Source: Utricularia gibba
Lineage: Eukaryota > Plantae > Magnoliophyta
Assembly (NCBI GenBank): GCA_002189035.1
Contig: NEEC01000016.1
Span: forward strand, 2,170,001 to 2,234,000
Reading direction: 5' to 3'
DNA: 64,000 nt
Shown here: piece after piece, positions 37,417 to 49,950 of the stretch
Position numbering within the stretch: the first letter of the stretch is position 1
Layout of the letters: every line of letters starts with the position of its first letter
Position numbers and translations under genes: made by a program
The notes under the pieces: model-generated
The model's input: only the letters and a program-made list of their open reading frames with translations
What the model was told of the DNA's origin: nothing
Database searches by the model: none

Positions 37417-39852
37417 CTAATTCCGAGGTTCACCCTGCTCCGATGATTCTGCAAGCCGGTATATCGTTATCTCTTGTTGCTTGAAGTATCGACGATCTTC
37501 TTCATCTACTAGCACTAGATTTAGGTAGTATTTGACACTGAATTTGTTGTTGGTGTTCCGGTATGTGGGAGTTAGTTCATATGGGCTCAAAAACAGTCTG
37601 ATTGGTATGGATTCACCTGTCAAAACAAGGTGCCCGTCAAGATCTAAATCTACATATCCTGAGAGCAGTGATGCGGATTAGCTTACCTCTAACCGGAGCA
37701 CCATCCATCAGCTCATATTTTGCTAGTGTCTCCGTCTCAACATGGGTGCTAGTTCCTGATCCTGTTGATTCTCGGCGTCGAATCTCCAGATCCATGTTCT
37801 TCATCTTGATTCGCACAAGTAGAAAATATATTTTACCGATAATAACATCTTTCAGATGGTACCTGCCACATACTTCATTCAAGATCAAAGCTGAATGTGC
37901 ACAGGGAGAATGAATTTTGATTCAAAGCATTTTTTTTGTGAAAAGAGCTGGCTTACTTGCCCTTGTTGTATTCGAATTCAATATGAAGGCAATCCTCGAT
38001 GCCTACTTCCATCTGTAAGTGAAGTATAAAAGACAAGTAAGATACTTTCTAGAACGAGCTTCACAAGCAAAGTTGAAATTTCTCAGTGACTAGTTTTTTT
38101 TTTTTTTCAAAGCATAAGAGGAATTGCAGTTGCTCTACGAGATGGATACGCATGATGGAGCGGCAAACCCCAATACCTTGATGCTGTTGTTGATTGATGG
38201 AGAGGGGCTGTAATTTCGAACCTGGTTATGATAAAATATGCGATTATGGAGCAGCCAACAAAGAGTATGCCACGAGAACAGAGTTCCAGTGTGGCAATCT
38301 GTAGGGATTAATCAACAAGTAGCTACACTACTTTGAGTTTATTGACTAATAACTGGACCTACTACTTTGTAAAACGGAAGAAAAAATAATGTACAATGAC
38401 GCATGTTGGCATCAGAAGATTAAGTTTTCTTACGACAAAATCTTGAAATTGAATGATGCTACCAGGATAACCCCGAGTTATCGTCACTTTTAGAACATAC
38501 CTGCAACAGGAATGGAATCTGGATTTATAGCTGATCCACACAACATCCAAGGATTCGGAAATTCAAGAGGATTGACAAGGGAAACAACATGGCAATGCCA
38601 CAAAGAATAATCATCACTCTAGACATGTATGCCAGCTACTCTGATGTCTGGCATGAAGAAATTCACTTCTAGTATCAAAACAAAAAGTTCTTATTGAATG
38701 TATAAACCAATTCTCTATACGGATTTGAAAGTGTAAGTCCCAGGCTGTTAACACAAACATCATATAAGAAGAGGTCTGTTGTTCAGAAGTTAACTACACT
38801 GATGGCCCCACGTCTAACATTTTTATTTTGCTTGTCCTAGGACTACATTGCTTATCTCAAGAATGGGATGATCAACAATAGCTGGAAGCAGACGAGTAAA
38901 GGAAGAAAGCTTAACTCACCTAAGGCGCACATTTATTCCACTGTATGTCTCATATGGCATTTCCACAGTTGAGAACTCAAATGGAAAGTCTTTCTTCTCA
39001 TAAATTTCTCCAGGTACATCAAGCTCGCGAACTACAAGGGGTATATATAATTAAAATTACCAGACATCAGCAGAGAATAATTAGTGGAGAATGGGGAGCT
39101 AGCAACATCAAATAACGGGTCAAGGCAAAGCAAAACAGGAGGAACAAAATAACATGCACGCACCAAGAGAAGTGAAGTCGTAGAAGTTTCCTCTGTCAGA
39201 GTACATTTCTGAAAACAAAAAATGAAAATTCATTTCTGGACTAGGGAAACTTGATTATGAAAAATACCTCCACAACCAAAGGGCTGTATACTCAAACACG
39301 TTAGAAATCCAAACAATATTAATCGCCTAATGGTAATGAGAAAAACCTATCTGGCCAAGAAGCTCCACTTTTATTCCCTTGTGTTCAACCTTCTTTCCTG
39401 GCACTGGTACCACAGAAACCTGAGGATTGATAATTTTATTACAACATTTATCAGCAGTAACTGAACTCGCTAAAAACATTCAGACCAAGATATAAGGTAA
39501 ACACAATATGAGCAGTTACCGTCCCAATAATGCTATCTTGGCTTCGAAAAAGGGGAACCATCTCAGTTTTTCCGTTCTCCTTCTTCAAAGCCACCTACAG
39601 CAGCAAGACGTGAAAATAACACCAGAAAAGGAAATAGCATACTTTGATGACTAACTAAAAAGCGCAGAAAACAAAACCTGTTTTCGAAGTTTGACATCCG
39701 CAAATGTTACTGAAACATGGCATGCCGGCTTAAAAGCATCAATTATGAAATTCTGTTGTGGCAAGCACGAATTACTTATAGGAATAGCATCGAGAAAAGA
39801 GGAAACAACAGAAGCAGCAGGCTCGTAAATTTTAAAATTCAGAATTCACCAT
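37417..39852 (-). CDS. VPS26: Retromer subunit VPS26, 308 aa; coding exons 39850-39852, 39678-39752, 39520-39594, 39347-39419, 39164-39208, 38920-39031, 38434-38500, 38177-38221, 37957-38012, 37687-37862, 37417-37616
   Basis: All GT-AG junctions join in frame (927 nt). Motifs GKKVEH.GIKVELLGQIEMYFDRGNFYDFTSLVRELDVPG, MEVGIEDCLHIEFEYNK and KYYLNLVLVDEEDRRYFKQQEI. Confidence 0.96.
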
Positions 39853-42229
39853 GGCGAAAATCTAGCTCAGAGAGACGGAAGCCCTAAATCAGAATGCCTG
39901 CAGGCAAGCAGATTGGCAAGTTCAACAAACCAGAAAACTTAAAGCAGTACCACATTAGAAAACGCAACACAGATTGCGCCATCAATCTCATAAACAGGAA
40001 AATCTACTCATTCGGAACTCAGTCAAATCAACCACAAAAATGCTAACCTGGATCGAAGCAGGAACTCGGGAACTCACGATCAAAGCGCAAGATCGCAAAT
40101 AGGGCAGAGATTAAAAGAAAATGGAATGTTTTGTTCCCTTACCGAACGAAAACTAACGAGTACTCGAGATGAAATATATATTTTTACAAAATACTTACTG
40201 CATAGCTGATTATTTATAAAATATCCTACCTTTTTAATTTTAATATATTTTTAGTATACACGTAGAGATGAAAGTTGAGCAGTATATAGTTGGTCCGACC
40301 CTAATTCCTGTTAAATTTAGACTAGAGTTAGATTGAAACTCGATTTTATAGCATCTTGATCATCATGATCTTAGTTCAATTTATTCATTGCATTGAGCCA
40401 ATCCTACTTCACCCACGGACCTAAAATTTATTATATATTTATTTTATAATATGAACATTAAGAATGTTTGAATGATGTAACTAAATTATTATATGACTTG
40501 TATTAGATTATATTATTTATGTAAAATAAACTAAAATTATTCAAATATTGTATACACGTTTGTATTCCTTCTATTTTTATATTTTCATCAATTTGAATAA
40601 AATAAATAAATCAAAATATATTACTAAAGTCAACATAAAAATTAGAATTAATAATAAAATAAATTTTACTAATAAAATGATTATTTATAGCTTCGAATTC
40701 ATTTAATCTATGCAATCCACTAACTCTATAAATAAAAGATTACACCATATTCAAAATTAATATACTACTATATTTGCACAAAATACGATTTCTAATGTTA
40801 AAAATAGTAAACTTTCTTATTAAAATACTAAAAATATCTTTTATTGTTATCATTAATTTACAAAAACAATAATTGTTTTCCTTACATCATGAAATGCATT
40901 ATAATCAAATTTCCATTTTAATGACTACTAATTAAAGAGGTGTACACATAAGTTTGGTACAACTTTTATTAATTCATAAGTGTTCTAAAAATCACATATA
41001 TCTCATATGAGCAGTTATCCTTTACACTTATACAAATGTTTCTATCTAATATAGCCTGTATAAATATATTATTAATTTTTATCAACAACAAATACATTAA
41101 TAATAAATAATCATCATTTACTTTGTAGATAGAACACATATTTTATAAGAACGACCACTTGCCCGACTTATGTGTCTTATCGAAACGAGACTTAAAAAAG
41201 CTCAGAATAATCTGTGTCCCACTTTTTCTTCATCCAAACTACTTCTTTAGATTCTTCTTTTGTGTCCCACTTCTTTATTTTTGCGACTATTTTCAAATTT
41301 ATTTCAAGTGCATTTTATTTCTTCTTTGATCATTTTCCATTCTTTTCGTTGTTTAATTTCTTTGTATCTATTTTATGGCTTTTTAATCCTCGATTTTTTC
41401 TATATTCTCTATTAGATTTCTTATTTTTACTCTCAAATAGAAATAATTTTGCTAATTAATTTTTTTGTTCTACTATATGAATTTTTCTAGTTTTTTATTT
41501 TTTATTTTTGCTGATTTTAGATTTTTAGCCTGGGTTTCATTGTTTTTTTTTCAAGTTCAATTTTTCGAATATTAAGATTTTTATAATTCTAGTATAATGG
41601 ATAATTAGATTATTATTTATCATTTACTCATTTATTTTTGTTTTGTGTTGTATATATTCATGAAATTTTAGTTGTACTCTTTTGTTATAAAATGACTATT
41701 AGAAGATTACAATCTTAGAGATTGTGTGATGAAGATAAATTAATACTTCTTTCAATTTGATAAATATTAGTAAGAATTCAATATGTAGAACTTCATAAAA
41801 AGAAAATAGCTTTTAGAAAAAAATTTAAATTACTATCATGAAACTCCACATGTCATTCCCTAAGGCATGGATTCAATAAGGTACAAGTGGGATACTCTAA
41901 ATTATAATTATAGCAAATTTAGAGGTTGTATGAATAAAGTAATGTCCAAAGAAGAAATAGTTATAATAAATACAATTTCAAACTTCAATCTTTAGAGCTA
42001 TTCAAGAGTGAAAAGAAGAAAGATTTGTTGATATTAAGTGTTGGAAAGTTTTGCATTTTGAATTGAAATGGATCTTGGTACATATACTTTTATTGTTTTA
42101 ACTCCATGCACATCATAGATTCATCATTTGAAAGTGATATAGTGAAGTTTTTCATAGAAAATGATATAAATTATGCATCAATAGGGATTTGATTTCATTT
42201 GCAACGAAACACATGCGGAGCAACAAGAA

Positions 42230-43270
42230 ACCTCAAAATAGCAATAGACACAGAATCGTGAATTAGAGCATAAAAGGTTGATGGATAATTATTTTTGTAA
42301 CAACTCAACTTATAGAGATGAATAATTACGCAGCAGATTTCGAATGAAAAGATCTTTATTTAAAAGAATAGTTGAGACTCTCCAAAGTTAAGATTGTTTT
42401 TTCAAGAAAAATGTAGATTGCACTGACAATCTAAGGTTGAGCCCTTTGTAAAAGTACACGTTTATTATATGTATATTAACTTATGGTTCTATGTTGATAG
42501 TGTAAATGAATATGTTTGAATTGGAGAGACAACACCTATCCAATGTATTCGTCATTTTGTCATTATTATTTGTACTTTTTCTAGAACAATATTTGAGAGG
42601 CCTCATAGTTTAAGACTTGGAGCATTTGCTAGCTTGGGGGGAATCTTGAGGTTTTCCAAGCATGCTTGGTAGTATAAATTGTATGTAGTGGAAATGAAAA
42701 AATTATGCAACTACACAGCATGTTTAATTTAAATTTGGTGATCATCACAAATTGTCACTTATCTTAGAAGCGATAACCTCTACAAATACATAAATTTGGC
42801 ATTTTTTTTTAAATGCTAGGTGCGAATAATGATCTCAATGTTTTATGACATTCTCTATTACTAAATGAGTTGTATAACGGTATTGTTCATCGAGTATAAT
42901 TCACAATAAATGATATTACTTACAACATGAGATATTATTTAGTGATAACATTTATCTTGATTAGGCTGTGTTCGTGAAATTTATTATATTTTCATAGAAG
43001 TGTAAATCACATCTTTTTGTCTAGGAGAGTTGTAGAAAATATATAGAATGTATGCATTATAATGTATAATATGATTGTTGAAAATGAATGGCGTTATATC
43101 CTTGAATATACTGTTGTAGATGAGTATGATTCATTTATGACAATCCAACCCCTAAAAAGTTATAGAGATATTGGAGTGAATATATAAAATTATTTGAGTT
43201 GAGTGAAGCATTTCCATGATAATAGTATCCATATTTGCTTAAAAAAAATTTGATCATGTATATTTGGAAA
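42230..43270 (+). mobile_element. Degenerate PIF/Harbinger transposase (Plant_tran/PF04827-like)
   Basis: Remnants of DYF...Y...RFRM.R.LF..IV, MLGSI.C..W.WK, ILEAI.S..IWH.F and NNDLNVL. Many stops, AT-eroded, TIRs not established. Confidence 0.75.
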
Positions 43271-45284
43271 AATTTCAATTCATGTATTCTATAATTAATA
43301 GTTATTCAACTAATTTCGTATTATGTTTTTTGTTGGAAATATTCTAATATTATAAATTTATGTTTTAAATTATAAAGAATGTTTTTGAAAATTAATAAAT
43401 GAAATTAAGAAACTTCATAAAAGAAACTCAATAACGGAAACCCATGTAAACATTTTTGCAAATCATTAAGGATACTCTAAGAATTGCAAATCGAATTATT
43501 ATCACATGTACTCTTTTACATAATTTTATTAAAAATGAGGGATTAAATGATCTTTTGGAAGCTAAATTGTCATAAGTTTTCTCAATTTTAATTTATGAAC
43601 AATGTGGAGAATAATATTTATACCATAATAACATTTCAAGAATGTATAGCATGACCAGATAAACTTGCAAATTCCATGTATTTGCATGAATATTTAAGTT
43701 TCAAATGACTTTTGAATATTTTTATAACATGTATTTGATATTTGGGTAGAATTTACCTGCTTTAATTCTATCCAAAGTTCATCACTAACATCAACCGTAT
43801 TTGTGATTTCATTAAATTAAACTTTAGATATCATTAAGAAATCATGAAAATTGTTATATTACTTCTTCAGTATGTGCATTTTCGAATGTAAATGTAGAAT
43901 TGTACGTTAGGTTTATACTAAAAAATGAATCATCGAGAACTTATAGATAACATCATTTGAATTCATTTCAGTCTTCTAACCTCTATCTATTATTCCTTTA
44001 ATGTTTGTATTAAATACTATTTTTTATGAAATTTTCATATATCTTTGATCTTAACGTTTACATTTTTACTATTATCTTGCTGTCTAACTTGTTATTTGAC
44101 TTCCAACCACATCTAAATACAAAAAAAATTCTATTCACATTATATAGAGTTAATTTGGAAAATATCTATTGTAATCATATTATGTGAAAAAAGTATTCAC
44201 ACCATGTTAAAAAAAAAAGCCTTAGTGTGTGTAAAATAGAGAGGTGCAATGGTACTCTAATAAAAGATCCACATTGCACATGCATCATCAAATTTCAAAA
44301 GAAAAAAAAAATAAAAACAACATTTATAGATACAATAAGATGCCAACTTTTTAATTAAATTGTATACTACAAAATTGAACTTCAACCTATTAAACCTAAA
44401 ACAAGATACGTTAATATATGTCAACCTTCGTTGTCTCCTTGTAGGTTGAAGAATTCAAAGAAATGGCATAAGCTTACATTGAAAAAGATATACAGTAATT
44501 CAATAATTACATTTCAATAATTATATTTAAAAAAAAGATCAAATTTATAATTTCTTTATAAATTTAAAGACATAAATAATATTTTATATAAAAGTTGTAA
44601 TAATTTACTTTTACATCTATTTATAAAACACACGTTAATTTTAATCACAACTATTTATATAAACAATAATAATTAAAACATCTTGTCAAACAACATCCCC
44701 TTACTAAAAAATGTGCAGCTACCCGGATGTTCTTATTCGATTCTGGTTCCCGTTTTCGCAGCAGTTGTTTCCACATCAACACTGATGGAGTTTCCGAGCT
44801 CAGCTGAATCATCGTGCATCCTGAGGAACATGGGAACTGTCAATGTTGGCGGAGGAGATGAAGTCTTCCCAAACAGAAGATCTGACGTTGTGCTGAGTAC
44901 GCCGGCCACGACTGATATTTTGATTACATCGGCGAGGCAGACCCGACCGACGACCATGTCCTTGAAACGCGCTTAAGTTATAGCCCCCGAGTTCGTTCTT
45001 AAGATTTAATCAACCAGTCATCTTGGTGTTGGCTTTCCTGGATGGATTTGAGATGCTCATGGCTTGAGAGAAGAAGAACGAGTCAAAAAAAGCCTAGGAA
45101 GCTCCCTTGAATGAAATTACCTATCCACATGATTCGATTATCATCATCCAAATGGCACTGGCAACTAGCTGCGAGGGAATGGAGCAAGTAGGGTGCTGGG
45201 TCAAGAGATGAAAGAAACAGGGAAGTTTCAACACTTGAGATGGACACCGAAGAGCTTGCTTCAGAAGCTGGAATCTGCCTGTGT

Positions 45285-48200
45285 TCAATTCCGGTTTCTT
45301 GAATTTGCATTGCGAATGGTTACGCCGTGCAGGAACTTGGTGAATCCAGAAAACTTAGTCGACCATCGGATGCTCTTATCCAGTCCTTGAGTAGGGAGTA
45401 GGCCGTTAGACCCAAATTCAATTCCTGAAATGGGGTTTCAGAAGCTGGTGACTTTTCTGATACAAAACCAGTGCGTGCTGTTCTGGAGGACAATGGAGCT
45501 CACTCACCTGCGCCAATTCCTCAACAGAAATGATGCGATTCCCTTCTCTTTCGAAGATCTGAAATGCAACACTTGCAATGTCCTCCACCTTTCAAGGGCC
45601 TCAAGCTGATGGGGGCTAGTTGTGGCAGCGCAGAACTCTTGGAAGTCCATGGTTCTATGGGAAAGAGGTTCCATCTTCAGTTCAACAACAAAAATGAAGC
45701 CTTTAGTATCAAACAGAAATGAAGAGCTCTGTTATTAAAGAGAAGGCGCAGTACCATGTTGAGAATATCAGCCACTCTTGATTCCCTCATTGCATCCGTA
45801 GCATTTTTCGAGAGGGCCTAGAGATCATCCGACTGTAAGACAACTATTGTGAACGGTTTTAATACAAGAAAAGTACACACCATCCGAAAATTGTCGAGGG
45901 AGATGCGGCCATCGATTGGTTCCAAGAGCTCAAACTGCGCCCGCAGGTAAAATAGCTCATCCTCAGGCAAGGCCTTGGACAGTGCCTGCTTACACATGCA
46001 TTTTTCAGAAGATAATTTTACTAGTAGCATATTTGGCCATGAAAAAACGTCCACAGACTTGGCGCGTGATAATGCTTACATTCAGTGCAGCACGTCTGAG
46101 AGGTGAGGCTCGAATGTATGATTTGACTAGCCTGTAGATCATGATATCCAGAGGAACACTGCAGTTCAAATTCCTTAACCATGGATGCGCTGAGATAAAG
46201 AGGGGCAGATCACAGGATTAGCACAATAGCCGTAGAAACTGAAATATCTCACTCTCTCTACACAAGTCTTGCTGGAAGACAGATGGATGAGAAAGAGCTA
46301 CCTCCAAGATTTCACCTTTCAAACAGGATATTAATGGGAAACTTACTCAATGCCTGTGCTGCTGTCATCCTTTTCCTGTGGTCTCTGTGCAAAAGTCTTT
46401 TAACAAAATCTTTTGCTTGGGATGATACAGAGGGCCATGGCGGGTCATAGAAGTTGGGATCGGCTCTTAGCACAGACCGAAAAATTCCCGATTCTGTGCG
46501 TGCCCAAAAAGGTCTGCTTCCACATAATAAAATATATGTAATCACACCAATGCTCCAAATATCTGCTTCAGTGCTGTATGATCTGTGAAGTACTTCAGGT
46601 GCTACGTAATATGCACTGCCGACGATGTCGTTCAGACGTTCATCTGCAACAGCAGACCAGCAGATGCGCTACTGTCATAAAAATAAACCTGCCTATTCCA
46701 TTACATAAGCTATAGCTCATCGATCCAGAAAGCGATTTCTTCTGTTGAGATGCATATGTGGGTAGGCACATCACAACTCCAACACACCAGGAGGAGTTCC
46801 ATAGATCCAAATCCAATAAAATTAAGAAGATGGGGATTCACCTGGTCGGATGAAATCGGACAGACCGAAATCGATGACCTTCATTGGAGAATCTTCATCC
46901 TTTGTAGCGAACAAAAAGTTCTGCAAGAACAAAACATATACAGAAAATGGGTTTGTTCTTCTGTGTTCAACGCGTTTGAAATTTACAAAACGTAGTCATC
47001 ACCTCCGGTTTTAGATCCCGATGCACAACACCTTGAAGGTGACAAAAAGCTACTACACTTAGCATCTGCACAACTATAATCTTAGCATCCTCTTCTGCAT
47101 ATCTTCCACCACTGCACCGATGACACAAGAAGAAAAAAAGATGAATTACTGAGCAATTATGTATATAAGGGATAATAGGCACTTCAGTGTCATTACCGAG
47201 CTAAAATCCTATCCAGCAGTTCTCCCCCTTCGCATAATCTGTTGAAAGCAGATATGCAACGCTCATAACCAAAATCGAAAAGAAACCACTTCGTAAAATA
47301 CCAAATGCATTGACACACAAAGTACTCAAGGGTGAAGAGAGTAGGTTTTAGGTACACGACACATCTACAAGGAAAAGGTCTCAAATGCAGATCTGAGTAG
47401 CTGGTTCAAGAACCAGGCCTACATTTGGCCCCTGCACTTTTTCCAGTCCTTACATTTCCAAGATGAAAAAATTTGTTAACGCAAAATTGATCTTAAGAAG
47501 CTTTCATGGAAGAACGACGGGGATCACATATCTTACTCCATTACTACGTAGACATTGGCTGCATCTTCAAATGCATCATAAAAGTGTATCAGTCTTTTAT
47601 GACCAGATAGTGCTTTCAGTATCTTAACCTCCCTCCTTACATCCTCCACAGCGATTGCTGTTGTCATCTGAAGACGCATCGAATCATGAAAAGACACTCT
47701 TAGTTTCATCAAAGAGTACCAAGGAACAGCAAAAGGAAACTCATCACTTGCCTTCGCCTTGGAAATTATCTTTACTGCCACTTGTTGATTCTTGAGCTCC
47801 CCCTTTTTCGCATGGGCAAAACAGGTATGCCCGAAATGCCCACGGCCCACTTCTTTTCCAAGCTCATACTTTGCCGCAAAGTTCTTTGAATATCCAAAGG
47901 TCTTATCAAGCTGTTGCTCACTTCCCTCAAAACGACCGACTCCGGCTACCTCCTCAGGTATGAGCTTCGTGGGCTGGGAAGCTTGTTGCCGTTTCATAAG
48001 AGCCGACATAATGGGCTTCGCAGGAGACGGCGGCGGCAAGGGCCATCGGAATTTCCTACCGGGAGTCCTCGACGGCGATGGTGAAGGAGCAATACCAGTG
48101 GGGTAAGGGCTTTGGAAAGGGCTTGAAGTGAAGTAATGGGCGGGTGTTCGAGAAGCGCCATTGGTGGTGGCTGACGGGGTGTGCGATCCCGATGCCGGGG

Positions 48201-48291
48201 CCTGGCGGCGGTAGTTGTCGGAAGCTGCTGCGGAGTTAGAGTCATCCTTGTCTACGGAAACAGCAACGCTCTTGCTGCAACAATGCCCCAT
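45285..48291 (-). CDS. CRK: CDPK-related kinase (CRK3/4/6-like); exons 47752-48291, 47537-47667, 47197-47238, 47003-47111, 46842-46920, 46347-46643, 46080-46189, 45881-45985, 45755-45817, 45508-45674, 45285-45424; two apparent 1-bp deletions
   Basis: MGHCC myristoylation/palmitoylation start, [47 protein letters not shown] and degenerate EF hands. Intron 1 is GC-AG. Confidence 0.95.
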
Positions 48292-49950
48292 TTCGGTTGT
48301 AAATTCGAAATCCGGTATCCGATCAATCACAGTAAACTCAGCACAATGGACGCATCGGCGAGTCAACCCAACGATCAGATCTAACTGAGACAGGAACGAA
48401 GCCGACCAACTCTCCACTCCCAAAGTAGAAACCCACAAGCTATTTCGCCGGAATCTGGACTTCCCATCAACCTGACGCTAAGATTCCGCCCATCAGCCGT
48501 GTGGTCAACGGAAAACCACAATCCGGCGGGTCTCACTCACACTCATACAGCAAGCCAGATTTCGATTGAGACAGAAAATGCTCACCAGAGATAGCCCGAG
48601 AAACCTTGGTTCAACACCAGAACAATGAATCAAGGCTCAAATCTTCATTCGTGACTGTATTTATTTCCATGGGGGAACTCCACAACTTCACAGAGTGGGG
48701 GGCAAAAAGGAAAATAATTTTCCCTTTGTAAGAAATCTGTTTTTCTTGCACAGCCGCGCATTTATGGGGTTTCTTACAATTCAGCTATTTTTGAATATTT
48801 AAATAATTAATGGCTTTTTTGAACGTAATCGTAAACTCTTCTTTTGGCTTGTCGTTTTAATACGCAGGCAAAGCCCTAGTTCCGCAAAAGCAAATGCGCA
48901 GTGCGGCCGCGCGAGCTTCGTTTGAAGAGCGTCGTTCAAACGGTATTTCCAAGTGTCTGTCTCCTCGAATTTTTCACCAGGAATCTGTGGATTCATAGGT
49001 TTCGGATTGCGTTTCAGAAGTGAATACCGAACTTGGCGAATCCTGATCTAGTTGCGTCGGAGAACCATTTTGCCTTGATATACTTCTCCGGTATGCGTTA
49101 TCGACTAGATGCTCTGCTAATTATGTTCGTTCTCGTATTATTTCTTGTTTTCGTTGTCTTTATGGATCGGCAAGATTTTTATTATCGTTGTGCAGTCACC
49201 TTTTTTATTCCCTCTCGATCAAATACATTGCTAAGGAAAGCCTCGTAATTGGAGGAATGGTATCTGTTTCAGAAAAAACCTGTAGGCGCCTGGCGGTCCT
49301 GATTCTCATATACATTTACGATTATTAACTTTTAATTCAACTCTTTCATATAATTCATAGTGTTTCTGGGGTATGTTTCGTGGTCCTTAAATGGTTTTGA
49401 TTCATGCTTTTATCCTGTTATTTTCCAGCTTAATTTAGCTCCCCAGTTTGAAAAATCTCGTAAGGTGGTAAGATAAGTATGAAACTTTGCCATGACACGA
49501 ATGCTTTGCTGATGATAGATGTCAAGTGCTTGGACAAGTTTGAGCTTGGCTATCATACGTAGGGATGTAGAATGGGACTGGGAGAATTCATTGTGGAGTC
49601 TTTGGTATATGTGTATTGTTGGAAGTTCTTGCTCACTCTCTGGAAAGCTATTCGTCTGGCAAAATTTAGTGAGGATGTGGACATGGTATTTTATTTCAAA
49701 TAAAAAAAATGCTTTGGACTATCTTGGATCAAATGAGCTATGGAGCTTTCGGAGCACTGGTCTCCTCGAGGATTGCCCTTGGTTTGCTTCAAAAGTTTTG
49801 ATCTTTTTATTGTTATATGTTATACCTGATATTCTGCAAAAAGAAGATTTTAGCTTGGGGTCTAACTGAAAGCGTTTGCGTAAGTCAATATCAACTCAAA
49901 CCCATTCTCTCCTTGCAGTTTCTGTTAGTTGAAATCTTCTTGTTCTTAAG

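Noticed and set aside
41214-41459. Phe/Leu-rich membrane-protein-like ORFs (also 32534-32812, 62659-62965, 63313-63648)
   Set aside because: Translation artefacts of T-rich low-complexity TE and intergenic DNA.
41860-43560. GGATACTCTAA motifs as PIF terminal inverted repeats
   Set aside because: The two copies (about 41890 and 43470) are in direct orientation and no convincing inverted mate with a TAA/TTA TSD was found.
48292-48438. N-terminal extension of CRK in the ORF track
   Set aside because: Non-ATG start; it would also bury the MG myristoylation site, which must be N-terminal.
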